Of a DNA stretch of 64,000 nucleotides, positions 12,186-28,089 are shown in pieces; position 1 is the stretch's first letter, and each line of letters starts with the position of its first letter. The stretch lies in NCBI GenBank assembly GCA_030770535.1, contig JASVEC010000002.1, positions 434,001 to 498,000 on the forward strand, read 5' to 3'. Source of the stretch: Batkoa obscura. Its lineage: Eukaryota. The position numbers were made by a program, and so were the translations under genes. A model generated the notes under the pieces. The model had not been told where the DNA came from. It saw only the letters and a program-made list of their open reading frames with translations, and ran no database searches.

Positions 12186-13714
12186 ATGGACTTTTCATCC
12201 AGTACAGCTACCGAGTCGCCCGCATGTCCATTATGTCAAAAATCATTCAACCTATTTCGTTCAAAAAATCATTGCAATTTATGCAATCAAGACTTTTGTT
12301 CTTCTTGCCGACATAAGACGAATTTTTTAATAAGTCAATTAAATTCAAAATCTGCTTGTAAAGTTTGTGCTATCGTTTGTTTGGGTAAGATATTAACTTT
12401 TAATGTATAATTTATGTCTAAACAATAGCCGACATTTTCCTTCTTTAGTACCTCAATTAGATTCTACTCAAATCACCAAATTACCTATTAAATTAAGCAT
12501 GGGGATTCTAAAAGCATACGACTTACCAAAGAATCAATTTTTAGAACGAAAAGACATAGTATTAGCAATTATAAACAAAACAAAATTTACACAAGATACT
12601 ATAAGATTATATAGAAATAACTGGAATGTTATTGAAAAGGAAATCATTGTTTGGAAAAATTTATTACCTCAGATAAGCAATGCATTGGAAAGTGGGTTTA
12701 AAGAGAGTGAGAGTAGAAATGGGAATGTGAGAATAGAAAGGAATAGTAGCGGGAATGGTAATATTGGGAATACGAGTACGAGTGGAAGTAGTAATCAGCA
12801 AAATTCATCAGCCGAGATACCTTCCTTTGGCTTGGATGGTTTGTCTGAAATATTTAATGGTTTACCATTTGGTAATAATAATAACAATAGTACAAATCAA
12901 ACACAACACAACAATAATTATAACTATAGCACAAATAATAACCCAGTGAATTTTAATCCCATTCAAGAATTTTTTCATGGTTTAAATACGACTTTTAATG
13001 GTAATGATACTAATCAACAACAACAAGCTCAATATACTTCTAGTACTACTCAAACAAATGCTAATTATAATAATCGTCCAAATATGAGTAATAATACACA
13101 ATCAGCAGCTGGAAATGGTTTAAATCAGCAACAAAATAATACTCAACCAAGGCCACAACCAAGTGGTACCAATATTAATATAAATCATCAAATGAACCAT
13201 CCATCATCACAAAATAAAGAAACAGCAAATACAAGTAAGTGATGTTTTATTATCTATAATAATTTAAAACTAATATAATAATACATTAGAGCAAATATTA
13301 GAAAATTTAATTAAATCAGAAGATTATGAAGATAAAGTGAAAAAATTGCCTGTTAAACAATTAAAACAAATACTAAAAGAGAATTTAATTAATTTTGAGA
13401 TGATATTAGAAAAGAAGGAATTAATTAATAAAGTAAATTACTTAATCCACTCCACAAAACAACAATCTACTCAAAGCGTCACCAACAATGAAATTAGTAA
13501 CCCTAAATTGGAAGAACATGGATTAGAAGATAACTTTTTGTCAGATGAAAATTTATGCAAAATATGTTATGAAAATTCCATTAATTGTGTATTGTTAGAT
13601 TGTGGTCATTCAATTGCATGTGTTGAATGTGGTAAAGAATTATTAAAAAACTTATTACCTTGTCCAATTTGTAGAGCGGATATATCAAAAGTTATTCGAA
13701 TTTATAAATCTTAA
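12186..13714 (+). CDS. FYVE-like plus C-terminal RING E3 ligase (RNF34/RFFL-like), 3 exons
   Basis: CPLC...HCNLCNQDFCSSC...CKVC; Asn/Gln-rich linker; LKQIL..N.I....LEKKEL; CKICYE..INCVLLDCGH...CPICR. Confidence 0.85.
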
Positions 13715-13843
13715 AATTAATATGAAGTTATTATTAATCAAGATTATTGAAATGACTGAATTTAGATTGATTAATATTAGTGATAATAATTAGGAAGATA
13801 ATAATAATATGATAGTTTAATGATTTTTTATTTTTTATTTTCA

Positions 13844-15346
13844 TTATACCATTTTTTCAGCTAATTTAGATTCGTCGATTTGACCTTTAATTACATAATT
13901 TAAATTGGAATTCGCTACAGGTGGGGAACTAGAATATGTTTTTCTTCTATTTAAATAAAAAATATCAATATCAATGAATTATATCTTACTGTTTTACTTA
14001 ATAATATTAATACTCGACTTACTTTTCCATTGAACCTCTTGATGGCCAAGTTGGAAACATACTTGGATCCTTTGGCGTTGGAGCTTCTCTATTATTGTTT
14101 TATAATTAAAAATTATTGTTAATATACATATTATCATCAAATTTACTTAAAATAAGGGTGGTTTAAAGCTTCCTCAGCAGTGATGCGTTGTTCTGGATCA
14201 TAGCATAATAGACAATTTAATAAATCCATCCCATTTTTAGTTAAGTATTGGAATTTGCTACGTAATTGATTGTAACTAAATAAAATAAACATGTCAATAA
14301 AAATAAATACGAGTATATCATATGTAAATGCTATGTAGTAATATTTAATAATTCTAACTTACGGATATTTTTTAAATTGAAATTTCTGAGCATATGGTAA
14401 ATTCATATAATTGGGCCAATTATCTCGAGTTGGTGAGCCTAATAGTTTAAAAATCTATAATGTTTATATTAATAATTGCCTCAATAAAATAATAATAACA
14501 AATTATACTATGTTAAATAATATTGGATAATTACTTACTCTACCAATTTGATCAATTTCTCCTTCACCTGGAAATAAAGGTTCATTTAATATTAATTCAC
14601 CAAAAATACAGCCGATAGACCACATATCGATAGCTTTTGTATATTTTGTTTCTCCCAATAATAACTCTGGAGCTCTAATAATAATTAAGGAAAAATCATC
14701 AATATCAACTATAGTATAATATATAAAAACAAACTAGACTTACCTATACCATAATGTTACTACTAATTGTGTCATTTGATTAATAGGTTCTCCATATTTT
14801 CTAGCGAGACCAAAATCCGCAACTTTGATTTCTCCACGGTTTGATAGTAACAAGTTACTAGTTTTTAAATCTCGATGCAATAACCAATTATCATGTAATA
14901 ATTTAATAGCTGACAATAATTGTAACATAATAGTTTTAACTTCGGATTGTAAAAAGGGGTTAGGCATATCTTTCATCAATGCTTTTAAATCATGTTCAAT
15001 GAAATCCATAACAATGTAGATACTATTTAATTGGAATTATGTCAATTATAAAATTACTATTTTAAATATATAACAGAACTTACTCATCCAACCTTTTACC
15101 AACGACGATTTCTCGAACATTAACGATATTTGGATGCTTTGCAATTAACAGCGCTTGTATTTCCCTTAACGAAGTTATTGGAAACCCTTGTTTTTCATTT
15201 TCTAATTTTAACCTTTTTAAAGCTACTATATCCCCACTAGCTAGTTCTCTGGCTCTATATACAACTCCATAAGTTCCTTCATCAATTCGATTTAATTTTT
15301 CATAATTATTGATACTTCGACAGCCACTAATAATTGGGGCATCCAT
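13844..15346 (-). CDS. CDK11: CDK11/PITSLRE-family cyclin-dependent kinase, multi-exon
   Basis: [46 protein letters not shown] near the C-terminus. Confidence 0.92.
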
Positions 15347-15618
15347 TCTGTTAAGGTATATTGGCGTTTAAATAAATAAAAATTTTTAGTATTTGGAGAG
15401 TTAAAATACAATCTATAAATGGTAATAAATTATCAAATTATCAAACTTTAAAATTAGTTAATTGTTGGCGCCAATAAAATTCTTGAAATTATTCATAAAA
15501 GCGTGATTTTAATAGATTTTAAGAGAACAATAAGTGGGTTAATAAAACTCATTGAATTCAATTTAATCTTTTTTTGATCTTTTTTATTCATTTTAATCCT
15601 ATAACCCTTAATAATTCA

Positions 15619-17433
15619 ATGGTGAAACTTAAAAGAGCGGAGGAAATAGGGGAATTAGAAATCTGTGCACGAACGGCACGAAATTTATCTCAAAAAGTAT
15701 TAGTAGGTAAACAAAGTCCATTTGTACAATTTAATTTAGATTCCGTTATCAAACAAACGGTAAGTGATAAGAGAGGAGGAAGAAATCCCCAATGGTCGGA
15801 CACCATAATATTTCCCATATTAAAAGATCAAGATAAGATATTAGTCACTATTTATAACAGGAAATCCAAAGTACAGTCGGATTATATTGGTGAAGTAAGT
15901 ATTGATTTATTACCAATATTAAAAGAAGGTGAAAAAGATGCCTGGTTTCCGTTAAAAGATCGAGATGATTATGCAGGGGATGTTTATATTGAATTTACTT
16001 ATTATAAAAAAGGAGAACCAAGGGATAGAAATAAAGTTAATGTTACTAGTATTAATGAAATTGAAGAAGGTTTATCAATATTACAACTAAAAAACATACG
16101 TCAAGATCCAAAATTAAATAGTATGGAGTTACCTAAAGATAGATCAATTAACAAAAATACAATGTTAAACGTGCCTAATAACAATCAAGTATTACGAAAA
16201 AATACTAATTCAAGTCAGCTTAGTTTTAATAGTGAAAATAATGATACCACTCCTACTTTAGCCAATGAAAACGATTTAGTAGATATATTAGATGAAATAC
16301 GTTCCTTAGTAGATTATCCCTATCAACTACCTGCCCAAGAAGCACCTTTAGGGCCTGGAGCTTTACCACCCATGCGACGTAAACCATTACCCAAACCACC
16401 TAATTCCAATCGTAGTTCTAATAGTCAATTATTAACACCCAATAGTAATAATCTTAGTCAAAATGATTTATTATTAAATAACAATACACAATCTCCGACT
16501 ATTATAGAACATCAGTTACAACAGGAAATGGAATTTAATAACAATCATATTCCTATCTTAAATACTAATAATAATCAATATAGTGTAGCTCATTTTTATC
16601 AACAAAATAATAGTAACTCAAATTTAACCCGTACCCCATCTCCAGCTCCCTCTTCACAAATATCCGAATTGGTATTAGGTGATGCAATGAATTATCAACG
16701 GTATCTTTCATTAACTGGAAGTAATTCAACCGCCTCTTTAACCCGACGTGGTTCTTTAGATAGTATAAAAACTGGAACTACAATGGAAGACTATTTAGAT
16801 CATGATCCCACTGTAGAAATTAAATTTAATAATAGTAAAATACCATCCATAAAAAGAAGGCCTTTAGAAGCACCTTCAATATTACAATCTCAAAATTTTT
16901 ATAATCAACGTGTACCTTATCCAGAAGATGTACGTGGTAGACCTTTAATGTATTATCAACAACATCAGCAACAGCAACATCAGCAACAATTACTTTCACT
17001 ACAACAGATGAATATGGTTCCTGTTCCTGTTCCTTTAGTTAATAATGATAATACTCAGTTAACTAAACCCTTACCTCAATTAAGACCAATACCTTATCCT
17101 CCACCATCTCAACACCATACAATGATACCTCCACCATCAGCACATCCATCACATCCACATCATCACTTATCTCCTTACACTACAAATTTACATTATCCAC
17201 AAAGACCAATGTATCATCCACCAACTATGATGGAATATCCACCATCTAGATTTATACAACAACCTATTACTAATGGAGTAGGAGAATATTCTCCTGCTCC
17301 TAGACCTATGTTTTATTCTCCAAGAGCATTACCACCGCCTATTGTTTCACCTTTAATTAGACCACACGTAACACAAAGACAATTACCTAATCCTTATACT
17401 AATCAACCTAGGAGAGGTTCATTGGTAGATTAA
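15619..17433 (+). CDS. N-terminal C2 domain with proline-rich tail (Inn1/Fic1-like ingression protein)
   Basis: ARNL..K..VGKQSPFV, DKRGGRNPQW, YAGDVYIEFTYY; PxxP-rich C-terminus (RKPLPKPP, RQLPNP). Confidence 0.75.
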   Translation: MVKLKRAEEIGELEICARTARNLSQKVLVGKQSPFVQFNLDSVIKQTVSDKRGGRNPQWSDTIIFPILKDQDKILVTIYNRKSKVQSDYIGEVSIDLLPILKEGEKDAWFPLKDRDDYAGDVYIEFTYYKKGEPRDRNKVNVTSINEIEEGLSILQLKNIRQDPKLNSMELPKDRSINKNTMLNVPNNNQVLRKNTNSSQLSFNSENNDTTPTLANENDLVDILDEIRSLVDYPYQLPAQEAPLGPGALPPMRRKPLPKPPNSNRSSNSQLLTPNSNNLSQNDLLLNNNTQSPTIIEHQLQQEMEFNNNHIPILNTNNNQYSVAHFYQQNNSNSNLTRTPSPAPSSQISELVLGDAMNYQRYLSLTGSNSTASLTRRGSLDSIKTGTTMEDYLDHDPTVEIKFNNSKIPSIKRRPLEAPSILQSQNFYNQRVPYPEDVRGRPLMYYQQHQQQQHQQQLLSLQQMNMVPVPVPLVNNDNTQLTKPLPQLRPIPYPPPSQHHTMIPPPSAHPSHPHHHLSPYTTNLHYPQRPMYHPPTMMEYPPSRFIQQPITNGVGEYSPAPRPMFYSPRALPPPIVSPLIRPHVTQRQLPNPYTNQPRRGSLVD

Positions 17434-17631
17434 TTAAGTTTAAGTTTTTGAATTCTTTTGAACATTAAAGTCGTTAATGTGTTTGTTTTTATAAAATTTA
17501 AAATATTTTTTACAAGTTAATTTTTTAAATAATAACAATAAAATAATTTAATAATCCGTTTTAAAATAAAATCTCTTAAATTTTAATAACCTTTCAAAAA
17601 AAATATTTCTCTTTCGTTTAACTCTTTTTTT

Positions 17632-19665
<2,034 letters not shown>

Positions 19666-19947
19666 CTTTTTGCTATCAAATTTTCTTTTATCTGATTTTC
19701 TTTTTTATTACAATATTGATAAAAATATTCAATTTTTATAACTTGAATTTTGAGTTTGAATTTCCAAACCAACTTTAAAGTGGCTAAATCATAAAATGTT
19801 GGTACTTAAACCAAGCATTTCATTTGTCAAAAAACATCTCAGTGACTTAATAGTAAATTTTGAAATAAAAAAACATTAAAAAACATAATAAAACCCAATA
19901 AATACATCCAACATAATATTTTAATGATTCAATTCATCCCCATTTTT

Positions 19948-22022
19948 TTACGCTGTACCCCAATATCTTACTCTAGCATCATCTGAACAAGTCACGAACG
20001 CATCATCTGTTGGACTAGCTACTACTTTTTGAATCGGCTGTGGATTATTAAATGGTTGAGCTGGATAGCCAGCTACTTTTTTTCCCGATTTAGTACACCA
20101 GCCAACAATACCATGACCAGGCTCTCCAGTCACTGCTAATACATGGTTTTCATCTCTTGTGAAACAAGCATTAGCTAACCACTATATAAAATATAAAAAT
20201 ATTAATATTAATTGTTATTATTATTAAATAAAAACTTACTGGTGTATGAGCACCTAAATACTCCATTACTTGTTTGCCCATTTTTAAATCCCAACATCTA
20301 ACAATAGAATCTAAACCATAAGATAATAAATAATTATTATTTTTAGATATTTGAATAGAGGCAATAGGAGTGGATGAATGGGCTTTTGGTAAGGATTTTA
20401 CTAAAGTTCCACTAACCCCATCCCATATTTTAATATCTCCATCTAAGGAAGAAGTGATGATTGTTTTTCCATCAGGAGAATAGCGTACTTGTGTCAATCC
20501 TTGTGTATGATGTTGAGAACTATTAGGAGTGTAACTTTGAAAAGTACGGATATCATAAATACGTAATTTTTCACTTTCAGTAGCTGATAGAATTATTATA
20601 TTTAATATGTATTAGATTCCTTATAATATTAATTTACCTAAAGCTAAAAAATCACCCGATGGATGAAAGCTTAAGGATTTAATTGGGTATGAGTCCTATT
20701 TTTATTAATTTTATTTTATTGTTTCTTATTAATTTACCTGTAAATAACGAAACGCCTTTTTAACTTGAGGTTTGGATAAATCAAATAATTTAACACAACA
20801 ATCTTCCGATGCTGATGCTAGTACTTGTCCATTGGGATGAAAGGCTAATTCATTAATAGGCTATTAAAATTAATATTAAGATTAATATTAAGGTTAATAT
20901 ATTATTATTATATATTCAATTTTTATTACCCCAATATGATCATACAATGCCTTAACTACTGGTTTTTCTTCTTCAGACCTTTTTTTGATTTTTGCTACCT
21001 CTAATACTTTTAAAGAACAATCAGCGGATCCTGTTGCTAACCAAATACCTTTAAAATTATATATTAATAAATGAGATATTAAAAAAATAGTTTAGTTTGT
21101 TCTACCATCTGGTGAAAAAGCAGCTGTTCTAGCTTGCATTTTATGAGCTGTTGTAAACCACACTGTTAAAGAAGGTAATTCTGGGGATTCTAAAAGTATT
21201 AAATTAAGTTAGATAAAAATTTACTCATTTATTTCAGTAAAATAATAACTTACCAAATTCATCCATATCGTCATTAACATTGAAAGATAACCCATTTTCT
21301 TCATTATTAGTTGAATTCCCTTCATTATTTAAATTTAATAATTCTAGTTGATTGGTGTTATCATATAAATTAAGTCCTAAAAAATTGATATCTTCATTAA
21401 CATTAACTTCACTTTTTGGTACAGATAAATTAAAAAATTCTTCAATTCCATGTTTTTGATATAATTTTCCATATTTTATTAATTCCAATAAATCATCTTT
21501 TTTTTCTAATACTTTTTTTTCTGGTAATGGTACATCTATATTCATTTCAATCCCATTCGTTTTTGATTCATTTTCTTCTTCCACTATAATTTCTTCTTTA
21601 TTTTCTTTTTTACTTTCTTGTTCTTCTGCTTTTTCTAAAGCTATCTTTTCTTCTATTTGTTGGACTTCTTCTTTTTTTTGCTCATATTCTTCAAATTGTT
21701 TCTTATTAATCATTTCAATTACTGAATTGGCTAAATCTTCATGTCCATAGGATCCAAGTTGACTAGGAAAATAATTAATTTAAATGAAGTTTTATTCTCT
21801 TTTAGTATAACATAAATAATAATGTGATTTTTTATACTAAGTATAAATTATGTTAAACAAAAATTAAAATAATAAAAATGGGATTTAAAATCATTTAATT
21901 TTTCAGTCTTAATATTTAAATCTATTTATTTGGATTTCTTTGTTAATCTTTATAATAATATGTTACCTTGCTATCAAGTCCAACACCTCGATCTCCGTCA
22001 TTTCTTTTTCAATAATTTCCAT
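19948..22022 (-). CDS. CSTF1: WD40 protein, cleavage stimulation factor 50 kDa subunit-like, multi-exon
   Basis: N-terminal LDLIAS|QL..YG..DLA helix; [46 protein letters not shown]. Confidence 0.8.
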
Positions 22023-22385
22023 CTTTTTGAAAATTTTAATTTTATTAAAAAAACTTTATTTTAAATTTTGAATTTCTGGAAATTTATAAACGACACTGAA
22101 TAAAATTTGAGAAAATATCGACTTTTACTTAAATGACGTTGTAAAAGATGGTATATTTTATTAAATAATACAATTCAAAGTAACTTAGAGCTCAAATAAA
22201 GGGAGAATAAAAGCTTATAAGTTTAAAAAATATTTAAAAACAAAAATTTATAAAAGAATACATTTTATTAACGAAAATAGCAATTAACATCCAAAACAAA
22301 GTAAACGTATCAACTCAAAGTAACCTTATTTTGTTCTTTGTATTAACCACTATGATATAAAAATGCCCAAATTCCCCTTTTGTAA

Positions 22386-23904
22386 TTATTTAAGTTCTAC
22401 ATAGTTGGCAGGAAACTAAAAAATTCCATTAATATCAATAATATAGTCATAAAATATACTTACATCCCCTTGTTTCCCATGAAGTTCCCCTTTCCACCAA
22501 TCATTTTGAGATTCTGTTTTTTTAATAATTGTAATAACATCTCCTCTGTTAAATGAAAGATCCTGTGCTTGATCACTATGATAGTCATATAAAGCCACTG
22601 CTGTTTCCTTTCTACCTGGTCGATTTGGAACAGGTGGTGGGGCTCTCTTTTCATTGGTTGGCAATTTAAAGCCACCAGGTGTATAAGATGGTACTGGATC
22701 ACTAGTTTCTTTTTCTGTTGGATTAGATCTACCATAGGTACTATTTGCTTCTGACAATGTAGATCGACCATAGGTACTTGTCTTTGTATAGCGACTACTT
22801 ACAGAACCACTGTGTGATAATGTAGTTTCATTATCATCATATCTGCTTTCCATGGCACTAGGTACAGCTGCTGCTCTAGAATTTAATGCTTGGTATAATA
22901 CACTAGCTTGTCCAGGTGCTTGTATTTTACCCGATAATAATTCTTTAGCTCTTACTGGTCGACCATAAAACTTAGAATTAGCATCTTTTCTTTCAACTAT
23001 TACAGAACCTTCAATGGATATACCTAATTTGTTATTAAATACTCTCGTCTTTTATTATAAATAAAGAATTCTATTTACCTGCGAATAATCCTTTAGATTT
23101 ACTAAAATATTATTTAATTAAATAAAAATAAAATAAAAAAATCAAATCTTACCTGTAAGAATAAATAGCAGCTAAATGAGCCACAGCACCACCAGCTTCA
23201 GCACTTCTGCCTAATGGACCAGCAGCAACTAGAAGATAATTAATCAACTTAATTATTGTAAAACAAAGACAAATATAGAAATTACTAGAAAGGTTACCAC
23301 CCAAAGTAACATTACCACCCTCTGAAAAAGCTTTAACTGCATCCGTTGTATTTAAAATAACCAAAAAATCAGTCAATTGGGCTCCGATTTGACCTCCGAC
23401 ACCCTAAACAATAAAGTGATATTAAAACTTAGCATTGAATAAAAGGTAAATAAAAATACTTACCACACCTGCTGTTCCGATACAAGATGGAGCTGACCAA
23501 GCTAATAATAGTATTTAATAATTAGTTAATTTATTCAAATCCATTTTATTTACTTCCATCGGGTAACCTAAAAAAACACTATCAAATCTCATATTAACTT
23601 ATAAATAAAAACAACTCTTACCTAGCTACAACGAGTCCAGAGCCTGCCCTTCCAGACCAAACGAAGCCAGCTTTAATAACAGTAAAAATAGCAAACCCTT
23701 TTGCTTTGGATAATATATTGGCAGGAACTACAGAATCTATTCCTCCTGCTACGGAAGGATCTAATAGAGGATTAAAAGAAAATTAGTTTGTAAAATTTGG
23801 GCAAATAAAGAAATATCAAACTTACCAATAAATTTATTTAAAATTTTAGCTGCTTTTGAACATTCACCAGCTAAATCGGTTGGAATTGGTGAGTTGATAC
23901 CCAT
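22386..23904 (-). CDS. YSC84: Ysc84/Lsb3 SYLF-domain plus SH3 protein, multi-exon
   Basis: MGINSPIP..L.GEC.KAAKIL, KAGFVWSGRAGSG, TDFLVILN, C-terminal SH3 ending FPANYVELK. Confidence 0.93.
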
Positions 23905-25027
23905 TTTATCGCTTCTTTTATTGTTGTATCAAATTTAAAATATGAGAAAATATTAAAAACTTAAAATTTACTAAAATTTCTAGTTTTGAATATTGTTGAA
24001 GCTTTTCGATAATATTTTTCAATGTGATGTCATTAGGTAGCAAAATGATTATTGGTGAATTTTCAATTTTTAATTGTTTTTGGGCTTGGATGGTTAATTT
24101 TAGGTTTGGTAAATGTGCTTTTAAGCTTTCCTTATGAAGAAACTTATAAATTCTTCTTAAATTAATGCTTTGGTTATTTGCCGTTGGTGTTACATTGTTT
24201 TAGCACCTTGGTTACATCTTAGCTATATACTTTACCTTGGCTAGACTACAACAGTTACATTATCTAAGCTTAATAGATTTCAAACCATCCAATAGGTTAT
24301 CAAATAGCGGAGAAATTAAGCTAAAATGATGGGTTTAAAATACTAAGTTTCCATTTCTATGTTCGAGTTTTAAAATCATTAAATTTTGAAGCTAAAGGTA
24401 TAAAGAAAATATTTTATATCAAAAACGTAGCTTATTTTAATTAAATAATAACAGAATGATCAATTTATGTACTCTTTAGCTTATTTTAGTAATAATATAT
24501 GTGATTTTTATTAATAAAATTTGCAAAAGTAGAGCTCTATATTTATCATTGCTATTGTTTTCTCTAATGATTGAAGATTGGTATAGCACTTCTATAAAAA
24601 GTTAAAATATATCGAAACAGTGAGCATATTTAGATAAGTTTTATTTCTTTACTAAAAATTATCTATAACGCTTAATGATTAATAACCTATTAACTAACTC
24701 TTCAATAAACTTGGCAATCTAGTCGCCAAGTATATGATTCATTACTTTTATAGCACTCTTAATATTTTCAAAATAAATATCTCAAATACAATATAACCTT
24801 CTGATGCTATAAACAGTAGAATACAAATTAACTTAAATTGTAATCAGGTATTCAAGTTATTTTATAGGTTTTATAGGTAAATATGACCTATTTATTAAAC
24901 AGATGGCATAGGTGTGTTTTTTGTATCAGATTTACTTCTTTTCATAAATTGAGCTCAAAAAATAAACACTTTGTTTGTAGAAAAAGACGCTTTCTAAAGT
25001 CACCAGTTTTCTTTGCAAACATTAATT

Positions 25028-25126
25028 GGGGATCTATTTTCATGTTCAAGAATTTTACTAACAAATTTTCCACTTAAATAGCGCTTAAAAAACGAAAAAA
25101 GTAATAAAGTCCAAAAAAACACTCCC
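25028..25126 (+). mobile_element. MITE copy 6
   Basis: GGGGATCT...ACACTCCC; flanks AATT/ATAT. Confidence 0.85.
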
Positions 25127-25711
25127 ATATCTATTTTAATTTTGACAATATTCAAGATTTCTCAAAGATGAAAAAACAGATAAATATGTCACATTCCAAG
25201 ACAATTATAAAACATCATATTACATACATTTAATGAATCAGTTTTTAACTATTAAATTTAATTCATTTATGAAAATATAATTAATAAAATATTAATGATC
25301 TTTTATTCTATTATTATATCAGAAATTATTTTATATACGAACAAAAGATACAACCTATAAACGTATTAGCGATCCTATTTTATGTATTTTTTAAAGTTGG
25401 ATATCTTTCTATTTCAGTTTAAATCTAGTATACTATTATTGATTCCAATAAAAGCTCTTAAAACATACAATATATATTTGTAAATCCTAAATTCTATCAA
25501 ACTAAATTTTATCCTATTATTTCCGGAAAGTAAAATACATTCTTTAAAAATAATTCGCTTCTCAAATACATTTGTTAATCTCTGCTATTGATATCTATCC
25601 ATAGTAATAACAAACTCAAAATCCTGAATATTCCGTTTATGCATATGAATTAAATTACTTTTAGTATCTTTATTTTTATTAGACCATAAATACAACAATA
25701 TAGTAAAGTAT

Positions 25712-26289
25712 TTAACGGTAAGATTTTTGGTATCTATAAAATAAGTAAAGTTCTTTTAAAAAATTATCAATAAAAAATACCTGGCACGAGCACCTGGACC
25801 ACCGAATTTCTTTGGTTCCATACGACGTGGATCAGCAACTAAGAGAGTACGGTCATATTTGACTAAGATTTCTTTAATTTCTTTCTTTGAAGCTTCATCA
25901 ACGAATTTTTGGTGGAAAGCAACAAGAGCTTTAGCAAGAGCTTGACGAATAGCTAATTGAATAATCAATACCAATTAAAATTAAATTTCTTTTTTTTTTC
26001 TAAAATTACCATAAACTTGGGAAGTATGACCACCACCGTTTACACGAATACGGATATCAAGGTTTTCGAAACGTTCTTTACCAACAATAAGGATGGCTTC
26101 GTAAACTTTGAATTTGAGGATTTCTGGCTCAAGGAGCTCAAGTGGGAATCCGTTAACACGGATCATACCTTGACCACGCTTGCAGTGAGCAACAGCGGTG
26201 GCGAATTTCTTTTAAAATTTCAGCATGTTGACTCTAGTAAGACAAATAAATAAAATTACCTTACGTCCGAAACATTGAACAGCTTCCAT
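25712..26289 (-). CDS. RPS16: 40S ribosomal protein S16 (uS9), 4 exons
   Basis: [49 protein letters not shown]. Confidence 0.97.
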
Positions 26290-26749
26290 ATTGTAATGAA
26301 CTTAAATTAAAGATAAGTTTTGATGAAAATTTTGGAACATTATAAAATTTATATAGAATTGAATTCTCTCTTTAACTGAAAGTATTTCAAATACAATAAT
26401 TTAATGGATGTGCTTCCCTACCTAAGAGTTAATGTATTTAACCTGGAAGTCAAAAGAGAGTTCGATACCTATGCCTTCATATTGCTTAACTTGGTTTTTA
26501 ATTTTACCTACTAATTTAATTTCTGGCCTAAATCTATTGGCTAACTTAATTGACTTGAAATTATTTTTCTAATTTTTAAAATGGGATTAATCTTTTAATT
26601 CTAATTTAATCCAAATATCTGATTAATTTCAACAATGATTGGCTTATTACAACTACAATTTTTAATCTAGGTATAAATTGACAGTAAAAAATGCCTTAAA
26701 TTTACTCTTTACTTTATCTCAATCGTACTGATAAATTACTAACTTCGTG

Positions 26750-27583
26750 ATGGCCAAAGTTACTTCCTCTAACCCATTTGATCTCTTAGGAGATTTTGAT
26801 TATGATGGTGATGTCAAAGCCAAAGCTCAATCTAAGGGTAAAAAAGAAACTGCCCCAGCTTCAGCTCCAGCTAAGACTCAAGCTCGTGGTAAAGGTGCTA
26901 CTGGAGCTCGTCAAGGTAATGACTTTGATGCTCCTCGTGCTCCTCGTAACAATGACAAAAAACGTCATACCAAAAACCCAGCCCCACGTCGTGGTCGTGA
27001 ATTCGATCGTCACTCAGGTACCGGTCGTGTTGATACTGAGAAAGCTGTTGAAAACTTTGTAGGTAAAGCTACTGAAAACTATGATGAAGCTACTAAGGAT
27101 GAAGCTTCTAAAGATGATGCTGCTACCCCTGAAGAGTCCCCAGTTGAACCAGAAGATAACAGCAAAACTCTTGATGAATATTACGCAGAACTTGCTGCTG
27201 CTAAAGCTGATAAAGAAGAAAAAGAAGCCCGTAAAGCAAACGAAGGTACCGATGACAGCAAATGGAAGGATGGTGTTGTCTTAAAGAAAGCTGATGAAGA
27301 TTTCTTTACCGGTAAAGGTATGAAAAAAGCTCAAAAGAAGGAAAAAGTAGTTTCTAAGACCTTCCTTGATATTGAACAAAAATTCAATGAACCACAAAGA
27401 GAACAACGTGAAAACCGTGGACCACGTGAACAACGTGGTGGCCGTGGTGGACAAAAAGGTGGCCGTGGAAATAACCGTGGTGGAAATGCTAACCGTGGTA
27501 ACAACCGTGGTGGTGCTAAAAATGCTCCTCGTCCAATCCCTCTCAATGACCAAAATGCTTTCCCATCCCTTGGATCTAACTAA
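26750..27583 (+). CDS. STM1: Stm1/SERBP1-family ribosome/mRNA-binding protein
   Basis: SNPFDLLG, REFDRHSGTG, KTLDEY, RGG repeats, terminal FPSLG. Confidence 0.9.
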   Translation: MAKVTSSNPFDLLGDFDYDGDVKAKAQSKGKKETAPASAPAKTQARGKGATGARQGNDFDAPRAPRNNDKKRHTKNPAPRRGREFDRHSGTGRVDTEKAVENFVGKATENYDEATKDEASKDDAATPEESPVEPEDNSKTLDEYYAELAAAKADKEEKEARKANEGTDDSKWKDGVVLKKADEDFFTGKGMKKAQKKEKVVSKTFLDIEQKFNEPQREQRENRGPREQRGGRGGQKGGRGNNRGGNANRGNNRGGAKNAPRPIPLNDQNAFPSLGSN

Positions 27584-28089
27584 GACTCAAGTGGGTTAAG
27601 GATGGCTCGGGCATACGATTAAAAAATATTTTAAAAAAAATTAATTTTGTAGTTTAATTCGATTTAATTTTTTGTGGAGATTTGAATTTGCCAAAATAAC
27701 TTGTCAATTCTCGGCATACAAAATATATGGTAACAAAATTAAAGAATTTAGAAAATAGCTTTTTAAGGAAATTTATCACCAAATTTGTTGTGGCTTTTGT
27801 CAGTTTAAGGTTGATTTTGAAAGGTGATGTGAGTCTGTGTTTGAACTAAAGCGACTAATCAAAATACAAATCAAACGTTATAGTAAATCAGATTAAGGTA
27901 TTCAATGAGTGAACATTTCTAAGTATTAAATTAGTCTATATTTTAGCAAACTTAAAAGCTTAGTCTAATTTTATATTATCTTATATAGTATAAAGCAATT
28001 AGTATATAAATAGGTTTTAATTAAAGAAATAACAATAGAAATTTCAGAATTTAATTCTCAATTCTCAGTTTAATATTTATTGTGTTGAA

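Noticed and set aside
24883..25077. Short ORF (similarly 34478-34672, 37455-37649 and 45024-45224)
   Set aside because: Low-complexity AT-rich readings with no homology cues; this one runs into a MITE
26796..27599. Alternative-frame and antisense ORFs over STM1 (likewise over RPS16, RPL13, GDH2 and YSC84)
   Set aside because: Shadow ORFs arising from codon bias or overlap with real genes; no recognisable motifs
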